Shown here piece by piece: positions 10,486 through 23,682 of a stretch of DNA of 64,000 nucleotides; the stretch's first letter is position 1; every line of letters begins with the position of its first letter. The notes under the pieces are model-generated. The model was not told the DNA's origin. It did no database searches and saw only the letters and a program-made list of their open reading frames with translations. Source of the DNA: Prorocentrum cordatum (lineage: Eukaryota). The stretch is from positions 62,001 to 126,000 of the forward strand of contig CAUYUJ010000292.1 of the NCBI GenBank assembly GCA_963575745.1. Reading direction: 5' to 3'. Made by a program: the position numbers and the translations under genes.

Positions 10486-10689
10486 TCAAGCCATTTCAAT
10501 TCGAGCTATTGTGGCCCGGGGCGGGGGGCCTCACCTCCACGTGGCTCTTGAAAGACACCCGCGCCACGATCACTGCTTGATAACTTTCCCAAGTCACGAG
10601 CGGGAGCGTGCCTTGGAGCCTTCACGGGCTGAGGGGCACGTGGCTGTGGCTGCGGGTTGAGTAAGGGGGCAAACATGTCTTCATACATG

Positions 10690-11290
10690 TTCGCAGCCCC
10701 CGGCGGAGCAGGGAGGTCTCAAATGCTCCGCGTTGCCCTGCGCGCCGACGTGCCTCCCAGGAGCCCACGAAAGTGGCGACGGTTGCGCAATTTGCAATAA
10801 GAAGCCGCGAGGTCTCAATCTGCGTTGCCCTCGACTCCGCCGTGCCTCGCAGGAGCATCCGAAAAACGCGACGGTTGCGCAGTCGGCAGCCCCCGACGGA
10901 GCCGCGAGGTCTCAAATGATCGGCGCTGCCCTCACCTCAGCCGTGCCTCCCAGGAGCCCACGAAAGTGGCGACGGTTGCACAGTTGGCAGCCCCCGACGG
11001 AGCCGCGAGGTCTCAAATGATCGGCGCTGCCCTCACCTCCGCCGTGCCTCCCAGGAGCGCACGGAAGTGGCGACGGTTGCGCAGTTGGCAGCCCCCGACG
11101 GAGCCGCGAGGTCTCAAATGATCAGCGCTGCCCTCACCTCCGCCGTGCCTCCCAGGAGGCCACGAAAGTGGCGACGGGTGCGCAGTTCGCAGCCCCCGAC
11201 AGAGCCGCCAGTTCTCAAATGATATGCAGTGCCCTCACCTCCGCCGTGCCTCCTAGGAGCCCACGAAACTGGCAACAGCTGCGCAGCTTA
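10690..11290. repeat. Tandem repeat, about 101-bp unit, about 6 copies
   Basis: gagccgc(gaggtctcaaatgat) anchor at 10899, 11000, 11101 and 11202, with diverged copies near 10705 and 10802. Confidence 0.9.
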
Positions 11291-11540
11291 CATGCAGGAG
11301 ACCGCACAAGATGCAGCAAGAGGTAGGCGGAGGAGGGGGTGGGGAAGGAGATACGCGAGCAGCACTCTATTCGAAACGAAAGCCCAACACAGGGGGGTTC
11401 GGGAAATATGTCTCCATGCCGACCGAACGCAACCGACGGCGACGCAGCCGAAGCGACAACGCCGCGGGCACCCTTGGCAGCCCACCTTTAGCCCTGACTT
11501 CTGGCCCCTCCCGCGGCGTCGGATGCGGCTCCGCTGCCCT

Positions 11541-11740
11541 CCAGGGGAACGAAGAATGACATCAACACACAAACTCGGAGGTCCGCGCGGATTTCTCGGA
11601 TCCGCGCTGGAACCCCTGGCGCCGCCTCCGGCGAACCCCCCCCCTGGCGCAGCCCGCGCGCCAGGGAGGGGGGTCCAGCGCGGATCCGAGAAGTCCGCGC
11701 GGACCTCCGAGCTTGAATGCTTATGTCATTCATTTCGCTC
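11541..11740. mobile_element. MITE family A copy (long TIR CYAGGGGAAC...CTCGGAGGTCCGCGCGGATTTCTCGGATC)
   Basis: Self-complementary arms; homologous to 17463-17664. Confidence 0.7.
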
Positions 11741-12786
11741 CTCCGTCCTCGCGGCAAAATCCCGCTCCTCCGCCACCCCCCCGCCGCAGGCGCGCGCGGC
11801 CGGCCGGCGCACTGCGAGATCGTCTCGAAGAGCTCGTCCTGCGCTCGAGCATCGGGCAGCACGGGAGGAGGGGAGGGCGCGAGGGGCCCCCCATGCTCAT
11901 GCAGCCGAGGCATGGCGACGAGGGCATGGGCCAAGAGAACGGCCCCCCTTCGCAGCATGCTCGAGGCATCGAAGTGCAGCACACACGAAGAGCACAACGA
12001 ACGAGCATTACAAAAACGATGCCCAAAACGAGGACGACCCACACGCGACGAGCACCAAAAAATACCCCTCCAGAGCAGGGGCTGCTCTCGACCCTCGCGC
12101 CTGCTGGACGCGCGGCTGCCTCTGCGCAACCGCTGGGAACACGGTGGCGCGCGCCAGCGGTCCCCAGGAGAACGAGGATTTTGGAGGCCTGGAGATGGGC
12201 ACCAACACCAACACAGGGGGTTGCCTCCACACGGGGAAAATGATCCCAGATTTCGGTGTTGGTGGTAATATTTCGGTCGTCGCCTTGGAAGCCAGAATAT
12301 TGTCGCCATCACCGAGATCGGAATCTTCTTCCCCTGGTGGATGCAACACCGCCGACATTAGTGTTGGTGTCAATCTCTGTCAATCTCTAGGGCTGGGTAT
12401 GCATCGCGGATGCATCGCCGCATCGCGAATGCATCGCCGATGCATCGGCGATGCAGCTCGATGTGGAGCCCGACCTTCTCCACGCCAGCGGCGCCGACGC
12501 ATCGCCAACGTCGCCCTTGCGTCGCCGATGCATCGGCGGCGAGCGAGGGGGGAAGTGAGAAGGAGAAGGCCTGCTCAAAAGGCGGCGGGCCTTCAGAAGC
12601 CCTCCGGCCTTCTGAGAGGCATTTTCATATGCCGTCGGGAAAGGATTAGAACACTTATCAGAGAAGGCCGAGTGGGCCTTCCGAGCCTTCTGAGAAGAAA
12701 GCGCGCCCCTTCTCGCTTCCCCCCCTGGCTCGCCGCCCAGAGACGAGGGTGTTTTCGTTTGCCCCGAACGGCGACGGCACCTAAAT

Positions 12787-12852
12787 TTTGGTCGGGCATG
12801 TCCCTCTACTATTTTTGAAATGTTACTCCTGTAGCGGGACAAGCCTGACTTG
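12787..12852. mobile_element. MITE family B copy (66 bp) with 8-bp TSD ACCTAAAT
   Basis: TIR ggtcgggcatgtccctctac / gtagcgggacaagcctgac; acctaaat at 12779-12786 and 12853-12860. Confidence 0.75.
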
Positions 12853-12943
12853 ACCTAAATCCAGCAGTCTGCACCCGCGGGAAACTACAGGCATCAGCGG
12901 CACGGGAAGCTCCCTCTGAGAAGCAGCCGCGCGGCCACGACAC

Positions 12944-13151
12944 TTGTGTCGGGCACGTCCCCCTGCAGGCGGAATTCTTTCAACGAGAACTTAAAAGATA
13001 CTCGAAAGATACCCAGAACGATTGCCGAGAAATACTCTGAAAATCCTCTCCAACTATTATATCTATATATGTATATATATATATATAGATATATCTATAT
13101 ATATATATATAAATATAGATATACTCCTGTAGAGGGACAGGCCCGACTTCA
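12944..13151. mobile_element. MITE family B copy with internal (TA)n and 8-bp TSD CACGACAC/CACAACAC
   Basis: TIR gtcgggcacgtccccctgcag / ctgtagagggacaggcccgac; 7/8 direct repeat on the flanks. Confidence 0.75.
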
Positions 13152-14974
13152 CACAACACCAGGTCCACCCCGCGGGAGCGAGGGCAGCCCGCGCGTCACA
13201 CCTCGGCATCTCGGGCGCCGGAGGGGGGCTCCTGCTCCCGCGGCGGGAGGTCGACCGCCCCCGCGTGCACGGGTCCCGGAGACCGGGTGTCCGGATGGCC
13301 CTCGTGTCCCGAAGGTGTCCCGATGGCCCTCGCGTCGCGACGGGCGACCAGAAGGCGTTCCCATGGTTTGCTGGCGGTGCTTCGACGGTGTCCCAATGCC
13401 TTGAAGTCCTGTGCGGTGCCCCGAGGACTTACTGGTGGTGTCACGACCGCCCCCCGACGGGTCGTCGAAGACGCCGGTGATCTCACGACGGTGTGGTGCT
13501 GGCACCTCGATGCGGTCTCGTCTGTTCGCGAGCATACCCCAACAATGTCAAAGCGGTTCGCTCTTCGTGTCCCTGCAGTGCTCCTCCGGCTTGCTAATAA
13601 TGCCCCAATAGTGTCTCCATGGTATTCCTGTAATTTGCTGATAATGTCTTCATGATGCTCCGGTAGGTTCTTCATGCTGTCCTGATTGTGGTCCGATGGT
13701 GACGACACACAAGGGAACTGGCTTGTTGATTGTGGCCCGATAGTTTCTCGATGGTGCGCTCATGGTGTGCCGATGGCGCTCCGATGGTGTGCCGACCGTC
13801 CGCATATATCCCGCCAGCCCTCTGGGCGACAGGCGGTATAACGATGTCTTTCTTTCCTCTTCCACAACCCCTTCTTCCCCTTCGGGGACGGGCTTACCAC
13901 TGTTCCATACTAATATACATCCCCTCCTCCACCCGGCCTGCAGCCAATCCGGAACCATGCCGACCCCATGCGGGCCACTCCCCCCCACCGTCTCTGCCAG
14001 AAAGATATATAGATATACAGAAAAAATCTGCATCCAAACTTGGAGCATGCGCGGCCAACCAGTTGCGGCCCCCCCACCATCCTTGTCAAAAACAATACAA
14101 AGTACACCTTCGGCCAAAGTTTTGAGTCATGTTCGTGAGGCCCGCGGGCACTTTGTTGTGTTTTTGACCGGGACGGTGGGGGTGTCAGCATATTCCCTGC
14201 TGTGCGCAGTGCTACCCTCCCTGACAACAAACAATACAAAATGCACCTCGCGGCTAAATCTGAATCATGCGCGGCCACCCCGCGATCACTGTCAAGTGGT
14301 TTTTGACAAGGACGGCGGGGGTGGTGGCGCGTGGCCTGCTGTGCGCAGGCCCAACAGGCCCAATGATGGGCATTGGTTTTCGACAAGGATGGTTTGGGGC
14401 CGACATGTTTACCGATGTGTGCTGTCACGTGCGCGCACGCACCTGACGCACTCTGCACGTGCCCCGAACGTGGAGCACCTGGCGCGGCTGGAGTGTGTGG
14501 CACACCGAGCGCACTCGGAGCACGTGGCGCATCTGGCGCACCAGGCGGGCCTGGCACGCACGGGCCCCAGGGGTGCCTGGCGCGCGTGGCGCCCCTGGCA
14601 CGCGTGGCGCACCTCGCCAAGCGTCGCGCACCTGTGATCGTCTTTGGTTCCCCATAGCTTCCCATCTAAAGACGACCGCTGATAATGCTCAGGCTCGGGT
14701 GTTGCTTATGTGTTGGGAGGGCGGGTGGGGGTGAGTTAGACGGCTTGCGGGCGGGTGGATAGCTTGATCACTGTTCCCTATCAATATACACCCCGGCCCC
14801 CAGGCGACCGGGAGCCAACCCGAGCCAATGAGGGCCCCCCCACCATCCCTTCTGAAAAAAACTATACAAAACACACTCTGCCTCCAAATTCAGAGCATGC
14901 GCACCGAACCCGATGCGGCCTCCCCCTACCATCCCTGTCAAAAAACAATGCAAAAAACAATGCAGAACACACTT

Positions 14975-15064
14975 CGCGGCGGCGGCGGCGGCTGCGGCGG
15001 CTGCGGCGGGGGCAGCGGCTGCGGCGGCTGCGGCGGTGGCGGCGGCGGTGGCGGCGGCGGCGGG

Positions 15065-15096
<32 letters not shown>

Positions 15097-15295
15097 GGCG
15101 CGGCGGCGGGGGGCGGCGGCGGCAGCGCAGCGGCGGCAGCGGCTGCGGCGGCGCGCTGATTCGGGCAGCGGGGGCGGCGGCGGCGGCGGCGGCGCGGCGG
15201 CGGCGGGGCGGCGCGGTGGCGGCGGCTGCGACGGACAGCGGCGGCGCCGGCAGCGGCGGCGCGGCGGCGGCGGCGGGCGGCGGCAGCGGCGGCGA
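14975..15295. repeat. (GGC)n microsatellite
   Basis: Visible ggcggc runs. Confidence 0.95.
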
Positions 15296-15499
15296 ATTCG
15301 CCCCCAGTACCTGCCCATCCAAAGACGACTGCTGAGTATGCTGCGGCTCGGGCCTGACTCGGGTGCTACGTATGTGTTGGGAGGGCGGGTGGGAGTGAGC
15401 GAGACGGTTTGCGGGCGGGGAGGGCGTCTTGACCCCTCCCCCTACCCCCCCCCTCCCCTGGACCTAGACAGGGGGAGGTGGCGAGCGGTCAGAGGCTCC

Positions 15500-16090
15500 T
15501 TTTTGGTCCAAGATGGCTCCAAGACAGCCTCAAAGAGCCCACGATGGCCTCCAAGATCGCTCAGGATAGCCCAACATGGCTTAAGATAGCTAACAACATA
15601 CCTCCAAGAGGCCCCAAGAAGGCCACAAGACGGATCTAAGCGCTTTGGGGGGCCCCTCAAGACCTGCCCGAGAAGCCAGCATCCTTCAAAAGCGCAAAGA
15701 AAATCAATGATGCGTGCCTTTTCACCTTCTCGCTTCCGATGCGTTTTTGAGGCGCCAAGATGGCGCCGAAATAGCCCAAGAGAGCTCCGAGAGGGGCCCG
15801 AGATGACCCCCAAACGGCCCCAAGGCCGCCCAAGAGCGCCCCAAGAGAGGCCCAAGAGCGTCCCAAGAGGTTATGTTGATGGCTCCAGAAGGGGGGCCAA
15901 ACATTAGGACCCCCCTCTTTTCACCGACACCCTCCGCGACAGCCCCAAGAGGCCCCCAAGAGAGCCCCAAGAAATCTCCAAGAAGGCCCTATGAAGGCCC
16001 CAACAGAGCCCCAAGAGGACCCGAAGACGCCCCAAAAAATCCTTATAGCTCCAAGAAGGCCTCCGATGCTCCAAAATAGCCTCCAGCCAG
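15500..16090. repeat. CCCCAAGAGG-type minisatellite family member
   Basis: Many ccaagag submotifs plus a conserved block (aaaatcaatg...ttttcaccttctcgcttccga) shared with 61240-63395. Confidence 0.8.
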
Positions 16091-17462
16091 GCCCAACACG
16101 TTCCTCCCACTCCTCTCTTTGACCGCTCTGTTTCACTACATGCGTCTCTGCTTTCCATTTCCCGTCAGCTCTCGTGGGCAGGGCTTCTGAATGGGATGGC
16201 GGGGATTCGCGAAGCGTAAACAATTGTCCATATGAGATCATCTGAATGCGTTGGTTGTGTAAAAAAAACCGATCGGGTGCAAGTGGCACGGTGGCTGTGC
16301 CGGGACGGTGTCACGATGCTATCCACTGAATTTCGAAGTCTTACTGAACTGTTCACAGGGTTTGCGCACCAACTGCTTGCAAAGTGCGAACCCACTTGAA
16401 GCCAGGTGTGAAGCAATTGCCAACAACGGGGGCTCGTCAAAAACGAATCGAGAGAGAGCCACCAGTGCGTGTGTGTGTGTGTGTGATTCAGATGCGGATC
16501 AAACGTACTCCTCATGTAACATCATGTGCGAATTGGACGTCATGCAATAAGAACAACTTGAACCAACTAGGAAAGAAACACCGTACACTGATTGCGGCCT
16601 GAGCACCAAAAGCAGCATGAACAAACTGTACAATTAAGTGCCGCCACGTGGCTTAAACAATTGCCAGCTGCACAGCAATTGCAACCCCCACGACGATCGC
16701 TTACAATACAAACGTGAGGCAATTGCGAATCAAACAGCAGATGTATGATAGCACTGTGAACCACATTGGAACGACATATATTGTAGCACATGGGAGATGT
16801 ACATTGGAGCCGCATGTGCTCCAAACCTGATGAGATGTTGCATAAGTGTCACTGAAACTAGGATGAAACGCGTTCCGAATACTGAGAACTTGAGGACCAG
16901 ACGAGTATAGGCAAGTCAGCTGCGAACCAAATGCGAATCGGATTCAAGGCACATGTGAATTAAATGCAGATCGAATGTGAGTCAAATGTGCTACAAATAC
17001 AAACAAGTTTGAATCGAACATGAGTAAAGTATAAATTATACACATAATATCCCATACCGAAAACTCCTTATCGGCGCAGGCTGGTCGCCTGGATGCAAGA
17101 AAACAAAATGATTGCCCTCGCTGTCCCTATTTCTCACGCGTCTTTTCTCGGAAATCCCACTGGATTCTGCCCTTGAACACACCCACCAAGACACCAATCG
17201 ACATGTCTTCTGAGGCGAATCCTATTGGCGACGAGGGCCTCCCCAATGAAGTTGTCTACGTTCTGTGAGCGCGCGACTTGTCGGTCAAACAACACTCTTG
17301 CCAACCCCGTAGGGCATACGATGTGAGCGCCGCGTGCGGGCTGAAACAGCCGCGGGCATCCTTGTCCATGTTCGGCCGCCAGAAGGACTCGCAGACGCCG
17401 AACAACTGCTCCGACGAGGTCCCAGACACCACAAAATCCTGCCGTGCCGCAAGGCTGCGTGA

Positions 17463-17664
17463 CTAGGGGAACCAAAAAGTGGCATAAACATAAAAACTCG
17501 GAGGTCCGCGCGGATTTCTCGGATCGGCGCTGGACCCCTCTCCCTAGCACGCGGAGCGCGCCAGGGGCGGCGCCGGAGGCGCCGCCAGGGGGGTCCAGCG
17601 CGGATCCGAGAAATCCGAGCGGACCTCTGAGTTGTTATGTTTATGTCATTCTTCGTTCCCCTAG
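17463..17664. mobile_element. MITE family A, complete 202-bp copy with about 75-bp TIRs and probable 3-bp TSD TGA
   Basis: Left end ctaggggaaccaaaaagtggcataaacataaaaactcggaggtccgcgcggatttctcggatc matches the reverse complement of the right end ...gatccgagaaatccgagcggacctctgagttgttatgtttatgtcattcttcgttcccctag; flanked gcgTGA|...|TGAcgc. Confidence 0.85.
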
Positions 17665-18264
17665 TGACGCGAGATCAGGCGCGGACGAATGCCCGAGCCG
17701 AAAACCCCAGGCGAGGCCCACTGCCAAGCATGCGACGCGACGCGCCTCGGGCCTCCCTGCGTTTCATCGGCCTCGGCCCCTCTCTGGGGGGAAGGGTGTC
17801 CACCTGAGGATTTTCGGGTCAGGGAGTCGAGGCTAGCACTGGCCCGGAAGGAGCACCTTGCCCTCCCTGCCGGCAACCGCCGCCCACCGCTCCTCGTCCC
17901 CCAAATCTAGGACGGCGGCGCGGAGCACAGCCTTGGCCCCCAACCGAAGAGGGGGGCGGCAGCGCGAACCGAGCGGGGAGGCGGCGGCCCGCGTGTGCCC
18001 TCGTCCGAGGGAGGGGAGGGGGGGGGGGGGGGAGGGGGGGGGGGAGGGGAGGGAGGGGAGGGAGGGGAGGGGAGGGGAGGGGGGGGGAGGGAGGGGAGGG
18101 GAGAGGAGGGGGGGGGAGGGGAGGGGAGGGGGGGGAGGGACGGGGGGAGGGGAGGGGAGGGCCGTCCCCGGGAGGCCAGGGCAGAGCGCTGGAGGTGCGC
18201 GCCGGCACCCCTCCGAAGAGCGCAGGAGCTGCGTCCCCCCGCCGCCGCCGGGGGCTGGGGGGAG

Positions 18265-21200
18265 GCCAGCGCTTCAGCGAGAGCAACAATGTTGAGAGAA
18301 AAAACAAAACGAAAACCATTTGTCCTGGGAATCCTGTGTAAAAAAGACAGTGCGCAAAAGGGGGGCTAATATCTTCCGGACGTCATCAGGGGAGAGGGGA
18401 GAGTAGTATTCATATTGTGTAAGTGTGGAGGAAGGAGAGGCGGGGAGGGAGGGCAGGGAGGCAAGCTAGGTGCGCTCGCGTCGTATCTGACGTCCTACCC
18501 CTCCCTCCCATCCCTTACCATGGCGTAGATATCCTCTCTGTTCGCGCAGTCGGATGTCGAGCAGGGCAATGATCCCCAGAGGGTGCGTGATGCATCGCAG
18601 AGCACGGCATAGCAGGGCCTAGAAGAGCACGGCAGAGCGTAGTATGTCATAGCATGGCGTGGCGTTGCGTAGTGAAGAATTGCATAACAAAGCATTGCAA
18701 CGTACATCATGGCATCGCACAGCGGCACAGAACAGACCATGGCATAGCATGGCGTTGAAGATCAAGGCGTAGCATGGCTTAGCACGGCGGGGCATTGCGT
18801 AGTCAAGCACTGCATATACTAGCATTGCAGCTGAAGGCATGGCGTCGCACAGCGGAACACCACATAGCATTGCATTGCATGCCGTGGCATGGGACTGGAA
18901 ATAATGACGTTACCGCTACAGCGGGAGCACGACTCGGAACGAGCGGAAGCGCGGAAATGAGGCCAGCGGGGCACGATTCGGAACGAGCGGAAGCCCGAAA
19001 CTGAAGCCAGCGCTTCAGCGAGAGAAACAAGTTTGAGAGAAAAAACAAAACGAAAACCATTTGTCCTGGGAATCCTTTGTAAAAAAGACAGTGCGCAAAA
19101 GGGGGGCTAATAGCTTCCGGACGTCATCAGGGGAGATGGAGAGTAGTATTCATATTGTGTAATTGTGGAGGGAGGAGAGGCGGGGAGGGAGGGCAGGGAG
19201 GCAAGCTAGGTGCGCTCGCGTCGTATCTGACGTCCTACCCCTCCCTCCCATCCCTTACCATGGCGTAGATATCCGCTCTATTCGCACAGTCGGATGTCGT
19301 AGCAGGGCATGGCACTACATGGCATAGCATGGTGTTGCAAATTCACGCGTAGCATGACATAGCATGGCGTGGCGACGCCCCAAAGTGGGGGGGGGGCTTC
19401 TGCGGCCAAAAAATCAACGAATCGACATCGAATGCGGAATCACTTCCGATGGTTGTTCGGGGGGCAGTTTCTAGATGGTGGGCCTAGTTGGAAGGTCCGA
19501 AAAACACGCCGTGGCATGGCGTTGGAAATCATGACTCCAGCGCTGCAGCGGGAGCACGATTCGGAACGAGCGGAAGCGCGGAAATGACGCCAGCGCTGCA
19601 GCGGGGGCGCGATTCAGAAGACGCGTAGCCTGACATAGCATGGCGTGGCGACGCCCCAAAGTGGGGGGGGGCCTCTGCGACCCCAAAAATCAACGAATCG
19701 GCACTGAAGGTGTGATCACTTCCGATGATTTGTTCTGGGGACATGTTTTAGATTTGAGGCCTACCTGGCAAGAACCGAAAACCATGCAGTGGCATGGCGC
19801 TGGAAATAATGACGCCACCGCTGCAGCGGGAGCACGGTTCGGAACGAGCGGAAGCGCGGAAATGAGGCCAACGCTGCAGCGGGGGCACGATTCGGAATGA
19901 GCGGTAGCCCGAAAATGAGGACAGCGCTTCAGCGAGAGCAGCATTGTGGAAAAAACAGCGAAAACAAGTTTCCTAGGAATCGTGGAAAAAAAACAGTACG
20001 CGGAGGGGGGGGGCGGCGAATATTTCCAGGACGTCACCACGGGAGAGAGGATAGTTTTGATATTGTTTGATTGTCGAGGGAGGGGAGTGAGGGGAGGGGA
20101 GGGAGGGCATGGGAGGGGAGGGAGGCAAGCTAGGTGCGCTCGCGTCACATCTGACGTCCTACCCCTCCCTCCTACCCCCTACCCTGGCGTAGAAGTCCTC
20201 TCTACTCGCACAATCGGATGTCGCAGCATGGCATGGCACTACATGGCATAGCATCATGGTGAAGACTGACGAGCAGCATGACGGCGCACGGCGTGGCGAG
20301 GCCCCAGAGTGGGGGGGGGGCGCATCTGCGGCCCCAAAAGATCAACGGACGGACACCGAACGTGGAATCACTTCCGATGGTTTCTTCGGGGGCAGGCTTG
20401 GAAGGACCGACAACCATGCCGTGGCATGGCACTGGAAATAACGACGCCACCGATGCAGCGGGAGCACGATTCGGAGCGGGCGGGAGCGCGGAAACGAGGC
20501 CAGCGCTGCAACGGGAGCACGATTCGGAACGAGCGGTAGCCCGAAAATAAGGCCAGCGCTTCAGCGAGAGCAGCATTGTGGGAAAACCCAAGCGCGGAAA
20601 CGCGGAAATGAGGACGGGTAGCCTGACATAGAATGGCATGGCGAAGCCCCGAAGTGGGGGGGGGCTTCTACGGCCAAAAAATCAACGAATCGACACCGAA
20701 TGTGGAATCACTTCCGATGGGTTCTTCGGGAAGCATGCCTGAGATGCTGGGGCCTGTTTGGAAAGACGAAAACCATGCCGTGGCATGGCACTGGAAATAA
20801 CGACGCCACCGATGCAGCGGGAGCACAAGTCGGAGCGAGCGGAAGCGCGGAAATGAGGCCAGCGCTGCAGCGGGAGCACGATTCGGAACGAGCGGTAGCC
20901 CGAAAATAAGGCCAGCGCTTCAGCGAAAGCAACATTTTGAACAGAAGCCCAAGCACGAAAGCGCGGAAATGAGGACGGGTAGCCTGACATAGCATGGCGT
21001 GGCGACGCCCCAAGTGTGGGGGGCTTCTGCGGCCAAAAAAATGAAAGAACGGGTACTGAATGTGGAATCACTTCCGATGATTGTTTCGGTGGGCATATTC
21101 TAGATTGTGGGGCCTACTTGGAAGGACCGAAAAACATGCCGTGGCATGGCGCTGGAAATAACGTCGCTACCGCTGCAGCGGGAGCACGATACGGAACGAG

Positions 21201-21460
21201 CGGAAGCGCGGAAATGAGGCCAGCGCTGCAACGGGAGCACGATTCGGAACGAGCGGTAGCCCGAAAATGGGGACAGCGCTTCAGCGAGAGCAGCATTGTG
21301 AAAAAAAACAGCGAAAACCCGTCTCCCGGGAACCCTGCGCAAAAACAAATACGCGGAGGGGGGCCGAACAATCCCCGGACGCCACCAGGGGAGAGAGGAG
21401 AGTACTCTCCATATTGTTTAATTGTGGAGGGAGGGGAGGGGAAGGGAGGGGAGGGGAGGG
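18265..21460. repeat. Composite higher-order tandem repeat (about 60-bp gggagcacgattcggaacgagcgg subunits inside units of about 360 bp and longer)
   Basis: 18266-18560 recurs near-identically at 19006-19300 (period 740). The ggaatcacttccgat module recurs near 19436, 19715, 20364, 20704 and 21064. Confidence 0.85.
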
Positions 21461-21818
21461 AGGGGAGGGCACTCAAAAGCCCTGAGAGGAACACGGAGGT
21501 CGCCGAGGGGGCGAAGCCAGGGCTTCGGCCCTCCGGAATCGTGAAAGCACCCTGCACCTGATAGCCTGGGCGCATCCGAGTGGAATCCCAAGATGCTCCG
21601 ACCTGGATTCCCAGCGGTGGGCCTGGGGGCCGCGGGAGACTCTCGATCCTCAGGGATGTTCACACAGGTCTAAATCAAACTCAATCGCTTCGAGCCCCGC
21701 AAACGATGAGGGCCATCGGCCGAGGCTTGCAAACGACTGGACACGGTCGACCCGCGACAGCGCCAGTGGGAGCCCTCGGTCCAGAGGGCCCCAACCCTGA
21801 GCACACCTGCGCGTAGCC

Positions 21819-21934
21819 TTAGGTCGAGCCTGTCCCCCTACAGTGGGGTTTTAGGCGAAAAAAATCAATAAATACAGTGATTAATTTTCAATATTTTTGA
21901 ATATTCCTCCTGTGGAGGGACAGGCCCGACTTAC
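21819..21934. mobile_element. MITE family B copy with 8-9-bp TSD (C)GCGTAGCC
   Basis: TIR ttaggtcgagcctgtccccctacag / ctgtggagggacaggcccgactta; cgcgtagcc at 21810-21818 and 21934-21942. Confidence 0.85.
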
Positions 21935-22029
21935 GCGTAGCCCCCAACCCTCTTCTCTCACTCCGTCCCTCGGTCGTTCCCTCTCCCTCCTTCCCTGCAA
22001 CCGTCCCCTGTCCCTCCCGGGCGTGCATT

Positions 22030-22640
22030 ACATCTACCCATCGCAGGCTGCGGCTGGCGATCTCGCAGCTTTCCATGCGAACTCCTGTGAACTCGCATGC
22101 CGTGTCATTGAATGCCATGCGAACTCGGGTATGTCCACGGGTGAGGCCGTGGAGCATGGCATCAGAAGCATAACGGCTTTGCGTCAGTGCTGCTGCTGAT
22201 CGAATTGCTGGCGTGGCTGCTGACGCCCATCGGGTGCCAAGCAGGGGCCGAACCGACGTGGGTCTTGCCTAATGGAAGGCAGACCTCGTCTGGCACCAGC
22301 TGCCAAGGGCTACTCATGGAGCCAATCCCTGGTGCAGCGCGAAGATCACAGGCCTCCCACTTCCGCTTCATCGCCTCCGCTATGGCTGCTTTGCTGACAT
22401 GTGTTGCGTCACGGTGGCAAGAGCTGCGGCCGTTGCCGAGACAGCGCCGCGGCGAAAACACTCAGGGAGTAGTTGAGGACTCCATGCTTACCCTTGCTGT
22501 GTACGGCTGACGACTGTATTGTACCACGTCCAGGTGACATGCTGCGCGTTGTCCGAGGGCGCGTGCATTCCACACATGCAAGAACTCAGATGTCGTCCTG
22601 CTATTGCTGGCTTCGGCTAGGTCAATGGCCACAGGTCCTC
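22030..22640 (+). pseudogene. Highly decayed 3' fragment of an RNase H-bearing LINE
   Basis: Hand translation AAADRIAGVAADAHRVPSRGRTDVGLA*WKADLVWHQL aligns by eye with AAADSIAKSWADPKRAPEKDRANRSFAQANAHQVRSHL of the 56.6-kb relic. Upstream CRVIECHA resembles the K-V-x-x-H motif. Confidence 0.45.
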
Positions 22641-23682
22641 AGCAGTGAATGAAGAGTTCCGCTGGGAACGTCATGCAAAGATGCGTTCCCTTAGGGGATG
22701 TCCCCTTCCTCCTCACCTCCTTCTCCGCTGCCTTCCGGGATTTAAGCTATCCCGTTCTCCTTCTCCTTTTACCTCCCTTTCTTTCCCTTCCCTCTCTAGT
22801 CTTCCCTTCACGAAGTGAACGGAGGAGGGAAGAAGAAGAGGAGAAGAAATGAGCCGGTCCGTGACTCCCGTGATCTAGCATTCGCGACGGCACGAAAGCA
22901 GATTGGGCTCCGCACCCCAACCGTCCTTGGCCTGAGACATGGCCCCGATGAAGTCGAAGGCGCACATGAACCTGGCAGGAGGCGGACCGCTCCAGAGAAA
23001 GACCGATCGAAAGTCCCACAGCCCGGGTCAAAAAACGCAGCGGCACAAAAGCAGGAATCGTACAATAAGATTTGGACGTCGAAACATAAAAACTCGAACA
23101 ACAAGCAAACAACGTCAGCCGAGCCCTCCAGATGACAAGCCGCAAAACCTAACTATCCTCACCCTTGCGAGGATCAGCGATCGCCACGAACTGGCCATCT
23201 GCCAAGCTGGAGCTACCTGCCAAGCTATTGGAAGGACCTGAGGCCAGAGCTGTCTGCCGCCGACTGGTGCAAGACGACGCGGCTAACGAGCGAAAGCCGT
23301 GACGAGCGGACAGCTTACTCGAGCAGCTGAAGGCGAGGGAAAGCAGCACGAGGCTTACAGTAGGAGCCCGACCACAGGAAACTTCCCACAAGAAACCCAA
23401 CCCTGAGACCCCAGGACGCCCATTCATTTGGTGGGAACGTCACGCTTTCCATATCGAAACCATCGAAACCCAAGAAACCCAGGGAACCCTGGAGGCAAGC
23501 AGGGTGTTTCTTGGCATGGGCCCCCACTGCACGAGCCGTTGACGACCACAGGCCTTCAGGGCTGGGGCTCCAAGCTTACGAAGAGCGCCGCCGCCAGCAG
23601 GGCGCGGTGCAGCAGCGGCCCAGCATCAGACGACCGAGTTTCGGCTCCGGCGGCCGATCCCACGTAGGCCAGAGGCCACCCT

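Noticed and set aside
7244..10580. Long poly-Met/Ile/Asp/His ORFs (also 41.7-45.5 kb and 52.1-53.3 kb)
   Set aside because: Translations of (CAT)n/(GAT)n microsatellites.
17200..17270. LRR-like peptide NPIGDEGL
   Set aside because: Isolated, and followed by a stop within a few codons.
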